64,000 nucleotides of DNA from an uncultured Planctomycetaceae bacterium (lineage in GTDB: Bacteria > Planctomycetota > Planctomycetia > Isosphaerales > Isosphaeraceae). Every line of letters begins with the position of its first letter. The stretch's first letter is position 1. A program made the translations under genes and the position numbers. The stretch is taken from NCBI GenBank assembly GCA_963833985.1, contig CAWIAD010000001.1, positions 256,001 to 320,000 on the forward strand. The letters are read 5' to 3'. Under the pieces are notes generated by a model that saw only the letters and a list, made by a program, of their open reading frames with translations, was not told the origin of the DNA and did not search any database. Below are positions 20,566 to 30,876 of the stretch, one piece after another.

Positions 20566-21588
20566 ATGCGCGTGGGACTCGTGGGATTCTCGGGTAGCGG
20601 CAAAAGCACCCTTTTCCAGCTCTTGACCGGAACCGGCTCCGATCCGGGCAAGGTCCATTCCGGACAGGTCGGAGTGGCCGTGCTGGCCGATCCGCGGCTT
20701 GATTTTCTGGCGTCGCTGCATGCGCCCAAGAAGGTCACCCGTGCCACGGTCGAGTTCCTGGATACGGCGGGCCTGATGCCGGGCACCCACGGCGACAACC
20801 CGCAACGGCTGGCGGTCATCCGCGAGGGCGATGCCCTCTTGATCGTGCTCGACGGCTTCCGCGGCGGAGATCCGGGCGCCGAGCTGGCCTCGTTCCGCGA
20901 GGAGATACTCTTCGCCGATCTGGGCGTGGTCACCAACCGGGTCGAGCGGCTGGAGGCCAGCGTCAAGAAGCACCGGCCGGACTGGGAGGCTCAGGAAAAG
21001 GAGCTCGCCATCGTCAAGCGCGTGCAGGCCGCGCTCGAGGACAGCCAGTTCGTCGCCACGCTGGGGCTCTCCGCCGATGAGAAAAAGCCGCTTCGCTCCT
21101 TCGGCCTGCTCACCGACAAGCCACAGGTGGTCGTCCTCAATGCTCCCCAGGGCGCGCCCGTCCCCGCCTCTTTGCTCGCGATTGCCCCTGACGCCTTTTC
21201 CATCGACGCCAAGCTGGAGCTGGAGCTGTCAGAGCTGGACCCGCAGGAACGCCAGGCATTCATGACCGACCTGGGCGTGACCGAGCTGGGGCGCGACCGG
21301 ATCATCCGGGCCGCTTATGACGCGGTGGGCATCATCACCTTCTTCACGGCCGGAGAGCCTGAAGTCCGGGGCTGGAACCTGGAACGCGACGCCACAGCCG
21401 TGGAGGCGGCCGGCAAGATCCACACCGACCTGGCCCGCGGGTTCATCCGCGCCGAGGTCACCGCCTTTGACGAACTGCACTCGGCCGGCAGCCTGAAGGA
21501 GGCCAAGACCAGGCGTCTGCAACGTCTGGAGGGCAAAGAATACATCGTCAAGGACGGCGATATCATCTACTTCCGCAGCTCCGTGTGA
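20566..21588 (+). CDS. ychF: YchF/Ola1-like P-loop NTPase (divergent)
   Basis: GFSGSGKST, DTAG, C-terminal ITFFTAG...AAGKIHTDLARGFIRAEV...RLEGKEYIVKDGD TGS domain. Confidence 0.85.
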   Translation: MRVGLVGFSGSGKSTLFQLLTGTGSDPGKVHSGQVGVAVLADPRLDFLASLHAPKKVTRATVEFLDTAGLMPGTHGDNPQRLAVIREGDALLIVLDGFRGGDPGAELASFREEILFADLGVVTNRVERLEASVKKHRPDWEAQEKELAIVKRVQAALEDSQFVATLGLSADEKKPLRSFGLLTDKPQVVVLNAPQGAPVPASLLAIAPDAFSIDAKLELELSELDPQERQAFMTDLGVTELGRDRIIRAAYDAVGIITFFTAGEPEVRGWNLERDATAVEAAGKIHTDLARGFIRAEVTAFDELHSAGSLKEAKTRRLQRLEGKEYIVKDGDIIYFRSSV

Positions 21589-21672
21589 ACACGGCCGGGC
21601 AGGTCGCCCAAACACCGCTTGAACCGCGCGTCTCGCGCGGGTCGAGGTCTGTCCGGGACCGCGACGTCCCCC

Positions 21673-22512
21673 TCACGGAGCCGGCGTACGCAGCACCAGC
21701 CCCGCGGCCAGCGAAGCATTCCTTCGGGGCAAGACGTCGCGGTTGGCCTTCCATAGCAGCTCGACCTCGTCGGTCGTGCCATACACTCTCATGCTCACTT
21801 CTTCCAGCGTCTCTCCATCCTTCACGGTGGTGAACGCCGAGCGGCGGCCCTGTGGCGCCGTGGCCGGATCCAAGACGCGGGTGGAACGCGCCGGCCGCTG
21901 GGTCTCGACGGCAGGAGCTGCCGGTTTCGGTGTGCTCGCCGCCTCGGGTGCGGGCGCCGCAGCAGCCGTGATGGAAGCGACCGCGGCAGGCGACGATGGC
22001 GGCGGTTCGCCCTCCTGCTGCTGACGGGAAGCTGCCTCCGGTTGCGGCGCGGCGCGCTCGGCCGCGGGCATCTCTGCTGACGGCGCGGCATGCTCGGCCG
22101 CGGGCATTTCCGGTGACGGCGCGGCACGCTCGGCCGCGGGTATCTCCGGTGACGGCGCGGAGCTTGCCGCGGGCGTCTCGGGTGCGACGGCCCTTTCCGG
22201 CGCCGCGCTGCTCGCGGAAGGCTCTGGCTTCGATGCCGGTTCCGGCGCCGGACTGACCGTCGTCGTGGGTGCTCCTGGCGCTGGTTCCGCGTGATCCGCG
22301 GGCGTTCCGCTCGGCTTGATCTCGGGAGTTTCCGGCCCAACGGCCTGGGGCTGTACCCGCGGAGCCATGGGCGGAGCGCTCGCCCCGGAGGCGTGTGCGC
22401 TCCCGGCGCCGCGAGCCGAGACGCGAGGGCGGTCGCACTCGTGAAGCACGATGGAGAAGACGCAGACGATAAGCACGCTCAAGATCATGCTCGGGATGAC
22501 CTGACGATTCAT
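21673..22512 (-). CDS. Membrane-anchored Pro/Ala-rich protein with C-terminal LysM-like domain
   Basis: N-terminal TM, low-complexity linker, TVKDGETLEEVSMRVYG...LWKANRD...LAAGLVLRTP. Confidence 0.75.
   Translation of the reverse strand: MNRQVIPSMILSVLIVCVFSIVLHECDRPRVSARGAGSAHASGASAPPMAPRVQPQAVGPETPEIKPSGTPADHAEPAPGAPTTTVSPAPEPASKPEPSASSAAPERAVAPETPAASSAPSPEIPAAERAAPSPEMPAAEHAAPSAEMPAAERAAPQPEAASRQQQEGEPPPSSPAAVASITAAAAPAPEAASTPKPAAPAVETQRPARSTRVLDPATAPQGRRSAFTTVKDGETLEEVSMRVYGTTDEVELLWKANRDVLPRRNASLAAGLVLRTPAP
22045..22160. repeat. 36-bp in-frame tandem repeat, about 3.2 copies
   Basis: Units start at 22045, 22081, 22117 and 22153; encodes APSPEMPAAE(R/H)A. Confidence 0.85.
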
Positions 22513-22658
22513 GGCTGTACGCTCGGGATGCAGGTTCGGCGGCGAGTCGAATCGAATGAGCCTTTCACTGTATCGACACGGCAACGCCCGCACTTGAGCC
22601 CGATTCTTGAGCAGCCAGGGCCCGGGCCCCCGGCGCCGGGGCTCCAGGCCGCCGCGCG

Positions 22659-23240
22659 TCAGTTGAACTCGCGACCACCAAGCAGGGCCTTCACCGCGGC
22701 CAGGTACTTCCGGAAGGGCTCGGTGTAGACCGAGTCGGCGGTTGGCCGGCCGGGATAGTGATTGCTGCCCATGGAGCGGATGCTGCGTCCGCCCTGGCGC
22801 AGCTCCAGCATCCAGCGGGTACCGTCGGTAAGGTTGGGAGGGTTCGGATAATTGGTTTGCCACTGCCAGACGCCGGCCTCGTCGATGGCCTTCCAGAACC
22901 GCCGCCACTCTTCTTGGGTAGGCTTGATTCCCCTCTGGGTTTCCTCCTTCACGCCGGGTGCTTCAGCAACGGGACGCGAAACGCGATACGTCAGTGTGTC
23001 GCCTTCCAGGTTGACAGCATATGTCACACCCGGGAATCCCCCGATCGAGACCATCAACCGGTCGGGGAGTCCGGCGGCATGAAGCTGTTTCCCGGGAGCC
23101 GCTGGGCGGGCGGGTGGTGGTTGTGCCTGGGCCTGAGCGTTTGTCCGAGGCTGCGCCAGCAAGACAATCCCGGTCACACAGACCGCGAAGGATGCACCGT
23201 GGATCCACAACCGTGAGGTGAGCGCCCTGTGCCGCTTCAT
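22659..23240 (-). CDS. Hypothetical secreted protein
   Basis: Signal-peptide-like N-terminus; globular domain with WQWQTNY...DGTRW...GSNHYP. Confidence 0.7.
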   Translation of the reverse strand: MKRHRALTSRLWIHGASFAVCVTGIVLLAQPRTNAQAQAQPPPARPAAPGKQLHAAGLPDRLMVSIGGFPGVTYAVNLEGDTLTYRVSRPVAEAPGVKEETQRGIKPTQEEWRRFWKAIDEAGVWQWQTNYPNPPNLTDGTRWMLELRQGGRSIRSMGSNHYPGRPTADSVYTEPFRKYLAAVKALLGGREFN

Positions 23241-23368
23241 GGGTCAATCCTCGTCTGGGAATTCGCCGGACGTGCCGTGACGCTACTCTACTGCCGCACG
23301 TTGAAGTACGCTATGAGGAAACCGAGGTTCGACCGATTGCGCCTGGACCTTTCGAGATCGGGGCCACC

Positions 23369-25624
23369 ATGGATCGCAAGGCAGACTCTCCCGCGGTGCG
23401 CAGCGCCGGCAACTCCCGCTGGCGTACTTCGGGTTGCGGCGTGCTCGTGTGCCTCGCGCTCTGCGTCCTGCCGCCGTCTCTGGTCCAGGCACAGTCCCCT
23501 GCCCCGCCGGATGGGCGGCCCTGGTTCGGGCGGTCACTGGTCGGCATGGAGGTCGGCCCCACGGGCGCGCAGTCCGGCAGCGACCCTGGTGATACCGGCT
23601 ACGCCGCGCACTTCGACGGCCGCCAGATTGTGAAGAAGTGCGCGGCGGCCGGATGCGATTACGTGGTGATCTGGGCAAGGGATGGCGAGTACGCCTATTA
23701 CAATTCCAAAGTCATGCCCAGGTGCCCTGGCCTGGGTGTCCGCGATCCCTTGCGCGAAGCCGTCGCCGAAGGCCGTCGGCAGGGGCTTCCCATCATTGCC
23801 TACTGCGTTGTGCAGCAGGGAGGACACTACCTTGACGCGCATCCGGAGTTCGCCATGCGGGGCAGCGACGGCCAGCGCCTGGGCCGGTACTGCTACAATT
23901 CCGGTTACCTGTCGACCATGAAGCAACTGACGACCGAGATGCTGGCTTACGGGATTGACGGCTTCCACATCGACATGCTTGACCAGGGCTTTGGCCCGCC
24001 CTGCGGCTGCTGGTGCAACAACTGCCGGCGCGGGTTCGAGGCCGCCTATCACCGGCCGATGCCGTCTGGTGTCACCTGGGACGCCGACTGGGAGCGGATG
24101 CTCGAATTCCGCTATGCCTCGAGCCAGAGGTTCGAGCGCGAACTGAACGACCATATCCACCGCGTGAATCCGAAAGCGACCGTTGATTTCAACTATCATG
24201 GCAACCCGCCGTTCTCCTGGGAGGTTGGCCAGCGGCCCGTACAGCATGCGGCCAACGGCGACTTCGTCACCGGCGAGACGGGCGTCTGGGGTTTCAGTGC
24301 CCTGGGCGTGGGACTGAACGCCGAGTTCTACCGTGCGGCCACTCCCGGCTTGCCATTCCAGGTGGCCATGCAGCGCGGGGTGCGCATGTACCACGACCAG
24401 ACCACGCGGCCGATTCAAGACATGCGCTGGGAGCTGCTCACCCTGCTGGCCCACGGCGCGTTCGTGACCATGGTGGACAAGACCGCGTACGACGGCTGGC
24501 TTGACCCTGTGGCCTACGACCGCATCGGCGTGGCATTTCGCGATGCCAAAGCCCGGCGCAGCAGCTTCGCCGGCCGGCCGTTGCAGGACGTGGCGATCTA
24601 CTTCTCCAGCCGCAGCCGTGACTGGTTCGGCCGCGACGAGCCGGCGAAGTACTTCCAGGGGTTTCAGGGCGCACACCAGGCCATGGTGCTGGAGCATCTC
24701 CCCTGGGGCGTGGTCCTTGACGAGAATGTCACCCTGGACCGCCTGCAATCGTTTCCCGTGGTCTTGCTGCCGAACGTGGCGATCCTCAGCGAGCCCGAGA
24801 TCGGCTTGCTGCGGCGCTATGTGGAGCAGGGCGGATCGCTCATCGTGACCGGCTGGACGGGGATGTTCGGTCCCCGCGGTGAGCCGCTCGGCCGGACCAC
24901 GCTCGAGCCGCTCCTTGGCGCCCGGCTCGTCCGCCGGCTCGATTCGCGCGATAACCACTTTCGTCTGGCCCAGCCAGGAAAGTCGGTTCCGGAGCTCGCG
25001 ACCCTGGCCGCGCAGATCCAGCCCGACTGGCCCTTCCTGGTCGAAGGCCCGGCGGCGGTGTATGAGCCGACGACGGCGACAACCATGGGAGAGCTGCTGG
25101 CGCCCCATCGCACGGTCCGCCAGCGCCAGGGCAAGGAAGGGACGGACTGGCCGATGAGCGCCGGGGCACGGGTCGGCCCGGCCGTCTTGCTCAACACGGT
25201 GTGCAAGGGTCGAGTCCTCACGTTCGCCGGCTCTCCTGATGCCGCCACCGCCGGAGAGCATCACATCGTCGAGTGTCGCAAGCTGCTCGCCGGCGCCGTT
25301 CGCGCGCTGCACTCACAGCCCCACCTGCGGATCGAGGCCCCGGCATTCGTGGAGACGGTCGCAATCGACGATGCCGCGTCCAGGCAGGTTCATGTGCACC
25401 TCATTGCCTATGCGCCCACGCCGGCGACCACGCCGCCCCGGAATCGGCCTTACGTCGTACCCGGGCTCATCGAGGACGCGCCACTGTTCAGGGCGCGGAT
25501 TCACCTGCAAGTCGATCCCAGGAATGTGCGGCCCTACACCCGCGCGACGCGTGTCGAGGTAAGCGGAAACTCGATCGATGTCCTGATCAACGACATCCAC
25601 GAGGCGGTGACAATCGGGTATTAA
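23369..25624 (+). CDS. Secreted glycoside hydrolase (GH42/GHL-like barrel plus trimerisation/GATase-like domain)
   Basis: Signal peptide, YGIDGFHIDM, CWCNNC Zn motif, VLLPNVAILS...YVEQGGSLIVTG. Confidence 0.75.
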   Translation: MDRKADSPAVRSAGNSRWRTSGCGVLVCLALCVLPPSLVQAQSPAPPDGRPWFGRSLVGMEVGPTGAQSGSDPGDTGYAAHFDGRQIVKKCAAAGCDYVVIWARDGEYAYYNSKVMPRCPGLGVRDPLREAVAEGRRQGLPIIAYCVVQQGGHYLDAHPEFAMRGSDGQRLGRYCYNSGYLSTMKQLTTEMLAYGIDGFHIDMLDQGFGPPCGCWCNNCRRGFEAAYHRPMPSGVTWDADWERMLEFRYASSQRFERELNDHIHRVNPKATVDFNYHGNPPFSWEVGQRPVQHAANGDFVTGETGVWGFSALGVGLNAEFYRAATPGLPFQVAMQRGVRMYHDQTTRPIQDMRWELLTLLAHGAFVTMVDKTAYDGWLDPVAYDRIGVAFRDAKARRSSFAGRPLQDVAIYFSSRSRDWFGRDEPAKYFQGFQGAHQAMVLEHLPWGVVLDENVTLDRLQSFPVVLLPNVAILSEPEIGLLRRYVEQGGSLIVTGWTGMFGPRGEPLGRTTLEPLLGARLVRRLDSRDNHFRLAQPGKSVPELATLAAQIQPDWPFLVEGPAAVYEPTTATTMGELLAPHRTVRQRQGKEGTDWPMSAGARVGPAVLLNTVCKGRVLTFAGSPDAATAGEHHIVECRKLLAGAVRALHSQPHLRIEAPAFVETVAIDDAASRQVHVHLIAYAPTPATTPPRNRPYVVPGLIEDAPLFRARIHLQVDPRNVRPYTRATRVEVSGNSIDVLINDIHEAVTIGY

Positions 25625-26341
25625 ACCGCAGCACCAGGCCCTTTGGATTGGCCGTCCCCTGCCCGCGAGCCCTGGTCTTGCGCGGCCGATCCGTGAGCGG
25701 GGTGATTCGTGACATGCGCGGGCGCCACCTGGTCGCGGGCGAGGCGCGGGTCCGCGACCGGCTCGCCGGCGACTGTCCGGAGCGGCAGCACTCCGGCCCA
25801 GACCGGCAGCGCGTAATCCTCCTCGTCATCGATGGGCGGGCCCGTGCGTGCCTTGGCCGAGGCCTCGTCGATCGGCAGCGCCAGCACGAGCGTGGCCTTG
25901 AGCTCTTGCGGCGACGGCACGCGCACTTCCTGCCACCGGCCCGGGATGAGGTGGTCCGACAGGCCGTGCAGGGCACGCCCCTTCTCCCCGGGGTCGTCCA
26001 CCAGCCGCGCTGTTCCAAAGACCACCGCCGAACGGTAATTCATGGAATGGTGAAACGCCGAGCGGGCGAGCACGAGGCCGTCCAGCAGCGTGACCGTGAC
26101 GCAGACGGGCACGCCCTGCCCCATCGTCCTGAGCATCCGGCTGGCGGGCGAGCCGTGGAAGTAAAGAGTCTCGCCGATCCGTACGTGGATCGTCGGGATC
26201 ACGTACGGCTGGCCGTCGACCACGAAGCCCACATGGCAGATGAGGCCCTCGTCGAGGATCGCGTGAATGGCCGCCTCGTCGTAGACCGCGCTTGGGGAGG
26301 CGGCGAACCGTGCTGCGGTCGGTACGAGGCGTCTCGTCCAT
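25621..26341 (-). CDS. Pyridoxamine 5'-phosphate oxidase-like flavin-binding protein (frameshift near 26290)
   Basis: MDETPRTDRSTVRRLPKR plus AVYDEAAIHAILDE...LVLARSAFHHSMNYRS; joined by restoring 2 nt in a CG run. Confidence 0.85.
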
Positions 26342-26802
26342 GGTTCAAAGCACTCCTCTTCGGTCTCGTGCCAGGCGTTCAATGGGTTCCGGCATCGCCC
26401 GCGCGGGAACGCGCCACGCTTCCCTCCCTGAGCCGCAGGCTGCCTCATGGACACGCGGCGCGGAGGCAAGGTTCTACATCGAGACGGACAAACGACGAAC
26501 AGGCCGGTTTTTCGGGCCAGGCGTGTCTCGAGTATATCGCGAAACCGCCGGACATGGAGTGGGTCCAACGAACCCGTCCAGGCCCTTTCCGTCTCCCTCC
26601 GGCAGCGAGCCTCCGGCACCGGCCGCACCGGCACGTTCCCGTCATGGCCATCACCACGAGTCCCTCCCCGGCCCGATTGGGTTCGTTTTTCGACGACGAG
26701 CCCGAAGCCATTTGACGTTAATCCTTTGTTGCGAATGCTTTAAAGGAAATCTCATTGGCTTCGTTCAAGGAATCTTCCACGCATGGCCACGGCGATCCAC
26801 AG

Positions 26803-26833
26803 GCAGGGCGGGTCGAGCGGAGCGAGGCCCGCC
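26803..26833. repeat. GTAG-type REP-like palindrome
   Basis: GCAGGGCGGGTCGAGCGGAGCGAGGCCCGCC, same family as the reverse complement of 41166-41198. Confidence 0.6.
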
Positions 26834-27765
26834 GCCTGGCAGAGCCTTGCGTTCGTCCGGTAGCACCCGCTCTGCAAGGCTTGAGACGTTGCCCCGCGTT
26901 CGGATCTTTTCTCGAGCGGACTCGCCGCTCTCTCGCCCTGCAACGAGCTGAGACAGGGCCGGACCTCCGCGCGCCGCCGGGTCCCGGCGGCGCGCCTGGT
27001 TGTCACAAACAACCACATTGTCAAAGAGCCTGCGCATTGCACCGTCATGATGAGTCTACGGTGAAATCGACAGGCACATCGAAAATGCCGTCGCGACACA
27101 CGAGCGATGGGCCGAAAGACGGGAAAAACCTCACGAGTACGAAACTCGGGAGAATCCGCTTGATCCGCGTTGCCGCGTTGAACAAGAATTGGGAAGCGAC
27201 CCGTCATCGACCGGCTTCATTCGAGACGGCCTTCTGAACTGGATTCCCGGAATGGTGAGCGCGGAGATCAGGCCCAGCGCAACGCGGTCTGGTGGCCCAG
27301 GTACTCGCCGCCGGAGGGCCTGTTACGCTCAAACCAACTGTCGATCGACACGACCTCGGATTCGAGCATCGGTACGTTGACGGATGCGAACCACGAGCCT
27401 CCTCGATACTTCGGTCCGGGACCGCGACGGAAAAGGGAAACCACTGATATCGACCGCACTGGATTGTGGGTGCCGTATCGTACAGCAGCTAAAGTTTCTC
27501 GGCGCTGTGGCGATAGACGCGGCATAAGCGGGGTATAAGAACGTGCTTAGCGGGCATCGAGAGGTGCTCCCGCAACTGATGGAGCAGCGAGAAAGGCTCG
27601 GTGGCGATGTGGGGCCGTCGAAGCTACCTGGATGATAGGCATCGAGCTGTGATTGTGCATTTTTTCTTGGAAACTACTGATAGGACGACCCGACGCGGCC
27701 TCAGAGTTCGCTTTATAATGGCAATATTTGACCTGATTGGACTTCGAGCCGTTGGAGATTGACCG

Positions 27766-28482
27766 GTGGGCAAAGTCATCGATTCGATTCAGTATCACGT
27801 ATGGTCTGATGCTCTGCACGCGCGAGAATTGGCCCGACAAACACGAGACCCTTGGGATCGGGGGGCGTACGTTCGCTGGGCGATTCAGACCGCCTGGACC
27901 GCCTTCGAGAACGTCTGCATGGACACTTTGGGAGCACGCGATCTTGGGATGCGCTTCAAAGAGCATTTTAATGAAGCCGTCCACGCCAAGGGTGTCGCAA
28001 AAGTCGAGTGGGGGAAAGGTATCTGGCAGAGACTTCTCGACGTTTACGCTGTCCGAAAAGAATTCGTGCATGTGATCCCTAGCATCTCTCATGATCGGCT
28101 CCTGACGCCCGTAGAAGAGGCCGATACGACGATCGAGATCCTGCGCAAGGGTATCAAGGCTGTTTGCGACTTGACTGGGGACCCGCATCCTCCCTGGCTT
28201 GCGGATGACTCGGACCAGGGCTGACATGGAAGTAAAGTGGGATTTGGAACTGCCCAGTGCTGTGTGCTCCGGGGCGGAGTTTCCAAGGATGATCCGGAGG
28301 CAGTTCGCATTACGTTCGATCACGGAGGTCGGGAGCACACCAGTGAGATCGCCCCGCCCGGAACGCCGCATGGCCCCTTACTCGATAAGCTAATACGTGG
28401 GTTAAACGTCCCAGTCCGTGCCGTGCGGGCTTTCCAGGGGAACGAGCTCCTTGAGGAGCGTCATCCAAATATCCGGGGTTGA
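27766..28482 (+). pseudogene. HEPN-like protein interrupted by an in-frame TGA (or two adjacent short genes)
   Basis: Helical domain with RKEFVH (R-x4-H); ORFs 27766-28224 and 28237-28482 share a frame, separated by a single TGA at 28222-28224. Confidence 0.5.
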
Positions 28483-28751
28483 ACTCGGCAACTGGTCATC
28501 ACGGAAACACCAAGAATCTCCGGGAGCCTTCGGCAATGCCGAAGGGACACTTCTCATTACAGTAGTAATCCGTGCAAGATATTTAGGGTTGTTACATGTG
28601 TGATCGCTCACGGGCGACTTTGCGAGCTGTGTAGACCATGGAGAACCATAGAATGGACCGGTTTGCTCCGACCATCGTTCCTGAGAGTGGCCGCGATAAT
28701 CGATGGCCATCTGGGCAAGATAATCGGTGGTGTATTTCACTGCAGGAGGAT

Positions 28752-28786
28752 CGTTCCGTTCCCCTCTCCGGAAGGGGAACGGAACG
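28752..28786. repeat. Perfect 14-bp inverted repeat (terminator, end signal or origin)
   Basis: CGTTCCGTTCCCCT-CTCCGGA-AGGGGAACGGAACG, 15 nt past the stop at 28802; no U-tract. Confidence 0.85.
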
Positions 28787-28801
28787 GTCCGCTCCGGATG
28801 A

Positions 28802-29755
28802 TCAGCGGAGACGTCGCCAGCCTCCAGTTGTGCGGCCGATCTTGCCGGCGCGCTCCAGTGACTCCAGTACCGTCCCTAAACGCTCGTTCTTCACCGCCAG
28901 CGAATCACGCAGGCTCGCTCGCGTAAGCACTCGGCCTTGAGCCAGAAGATTCAGCACTTGCCCTTCGAGGTCGCGCCCGTTCCGATCATCAGGCGCTGCG
29001 ATGACCTCCAGGTGAGCTGTCCCCGCGTCGGTGGCGACCAGCTCCAGATAAACAGGCGCTACTGCCGGCGCCGACCGGTGCTCGCTGGAGAGGATCAGGT
29101 GCTCCTTCGTGCGCTGGAGATACAGGTTCGAGTCGCCGAAGGCATGTATGTCACCCGACCCACGCAGGCCCTGACCGGCGGCAACACCGTCCGCGGCGTT
29201 CTTCCGCGTGTGATGCACCAGCAGAACCGCCAGGCCAAGCTGACGCTGCAACGACCGCAGATACCCGAGTAATTCGGCGACGTCGCCAGCATGATTCTCG
29301 TCGATGCCGTGAAGTCGCACCAGGGGATCCAGCACCAGCAGCCGAGGCCGAAGCCCCCGCACTGTCTCCCACAGCCGCGTGCGGTCTCGATCGTGATCGA
29401 GCCGGAGCACCGGGACCGTGATCACGTGGATCGACACCTCGTCGAGATCCAGACCGCGATGCCGGGCCATTCCCTCGATACGTTCGCGCACAGCCCGCAG
29501 CGCATCCTCAGCCAGGTAAACCAGAACCGGTCCCGGCTCCGGTACGGCATACTTGCCCAGGCATGGTGTGCCCGTGGCTACGGAGAGGGCCATGTCCAGC
29601 CCCAGCCACGTCTTGGCGCACTTCGGAGCGCCGCCGATGACGCCCACCGCGTGGGCACACCAGAGCTGCTCCACCAGCCATCGCTCCGCGAGCTCATCGC
29701 TGGGAAGCTCGGCCACACGCACCACCGGAAGCACTTGCTCGCCACTGGTCGCCAT
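28802..29755 (-). CDS. RecA-fold ATPase, RepA/AAA_25 helicase-like, with C-terminal winged helix
   Basis: WLVEQLW, Walker A GGAPKCAKT, VYLAED, Walker B LLVLDP, VHHTRK, LRGSGD. Confidence 0.82.
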   Translation of the reverse strand: MATSGEQVLPVVRVAELPSDELAERWLVEQLWCAHAVGVIGGAPKCAKTWLGLDMALSVATGTPCLGKYAVPEPGPVLVYLAEDALRAVRERIEGMARHRGLDLDEVSIHVITVPVLRLDHDRDRTRLWETVRGLRPRLLVLDPLVRLHGIDENHAGDVAELLGYLRSLQRQLGLAVLLVHHTRKNAADGVAAGQGLRGSGDIHAFGDSNLYLQRTKEHLILSSEHRSAPAVAPVYLELVATDAGTAHLEVIAAPDDRNGRDLEGQVLNLLAQGRVLTRASLRDSLAVKNERLGTVLESLERAGKIGRTTGGWRRLR

Positions 29756-29757
29756 CG

Positions 29758-30603
29758 TCACACCTTCGCTTTCTTCTTCAGCGCGGGCGCGGGCCTCGCG
29801 GCTGATAGACCTCGAGGTAGCACTTCTCGTCAAGCTGCCCGATTTCGTGCGCCATGCCATGGGCCAAGAGCTCCACCTCCCATAATCATGAGCAAACGGT
29901 AGTTCCCCGCGCTGTGGTCGACCAGTGTCTCTGCGAGCTGGGGCGTCATGAGCGCGGCATTGCCGGCCTTGGCCAGCGCGTGTTGAAGCAACTCCAGGAG
30001 CTCTTCGCGGGTGGCGGGCTCGGTGACCAGTCGCGTGCGAATCCGGGTGCCCAGGGGCACCAGATCTTCGTGCCGCAACAGTTCCAGCAGTCGTTCATCT
30101 CCCGAGAGGATCACGGTCAAAAGCGACGTGGCATCGAAGTCGGCGCTGGAGAGAATACGCAGCTCGCAGAGGACCTCAGGGCTCATCTCCTGGGCTTCGT
30201 CGATCAGCAGCACCGGGCGGATCCGCGAGGAGGCCACGTGGGCTTTCCACCGCTCGCGGAGCGCCTTGAACCCGCACCAGCGATTGTGCGGTGCCAGCTT
30301 CACCGCGAAGATGTCCCCCAGCTCCCGATAGAAGTCGGGGCTCTTCGACTGGGGTCGCTCGATCACACCGACGGTGACATCCCGCAGCGCCGCCAGCCGC
30401 CCGGCCACAATCCGCAGCGCCACCGATTTGCCGGTGCCCGACTCACCCGTGATCAGCGCGAAGCCTCCTTCCTGGACCAATTGTTCCACGCGCCAGGCAA
30501 ATTGCTCGATCCTGGGGGGCGCCAGCAGTGCTTCGGGAGGAAGCTCGGGTGAAAACGGGTTCCATTTCAGCCCATAGAGTGCCAGCAGTTTCTTGCTATT
30601 CAT
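29758..30603 (-). CDS. ExeA-like AAA+ ATPase (transposition helper); two compensating frameshifts near the 3' end
   Basis: YGLKWNPF, GESGTGKS, LLIDEAQ; alternative frames give ELLAHGMAHEIGQLDEKCYLEVY and ALKKKAKV-stop at 29758. Confidence 0.85.
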
Positions 30604-30876
30604 GAGGGTTCTCCGTTGTCTTTCGGGGATGTCCTGGGCAAATAGGCCGGCGGCATGCCCGTGGCCGAGTACTCCTGGAGGATCCTTTTCAGGAGGGGTG
30701 GCAGTTCGCCGGCGTCGCGCCGCTGCTCTGGGGACGGCACCTCGGTGCCACCGGACCCGGTCACGGCCCGGCGGCCGTCGGCGTTGGCGGCTTTGTCGAG
30801 GGGATAAATGGGAGCCAGGACGGTTCCACTTTGCTCGTCGACCAGATCGATCCGGCCGAGGTCCCAGCGGGCGTAA

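Noticed and set aside
22045..22160. 36-bp repeats as a CRISPR array
   Set aside because: Head-to-tail with no spacers, in frame within a CDS, no cas genes in the window
26755..27237. 160-aa ORF as a real gene
   Set aside because: Runs through REP and palindromic DNA, no RBS or recognisable motif
27268..27525. 85-aa ORF at the island edge
   Set aside because: No motif or clear start signals; at most a gene fragment
28222..28224. In-frame TGA as selenocysteine
   Set aside because: No redox motif context and no convincing SECIS-like hairpin immediately downstream; nonsense mutation or error is simpler
28402..28740. 112-aa minus-strand ORF next to the element hairpin
   Set aside because: Could be a truncated target gene but has no recognisable motif and overlaps the HEPN-like 3' segment
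29758..30603. ExeA-like ATPase as part of a type II secretion system
   Set aside because: No secretion genes nearby; it is translationally coupled to a DDE transposase
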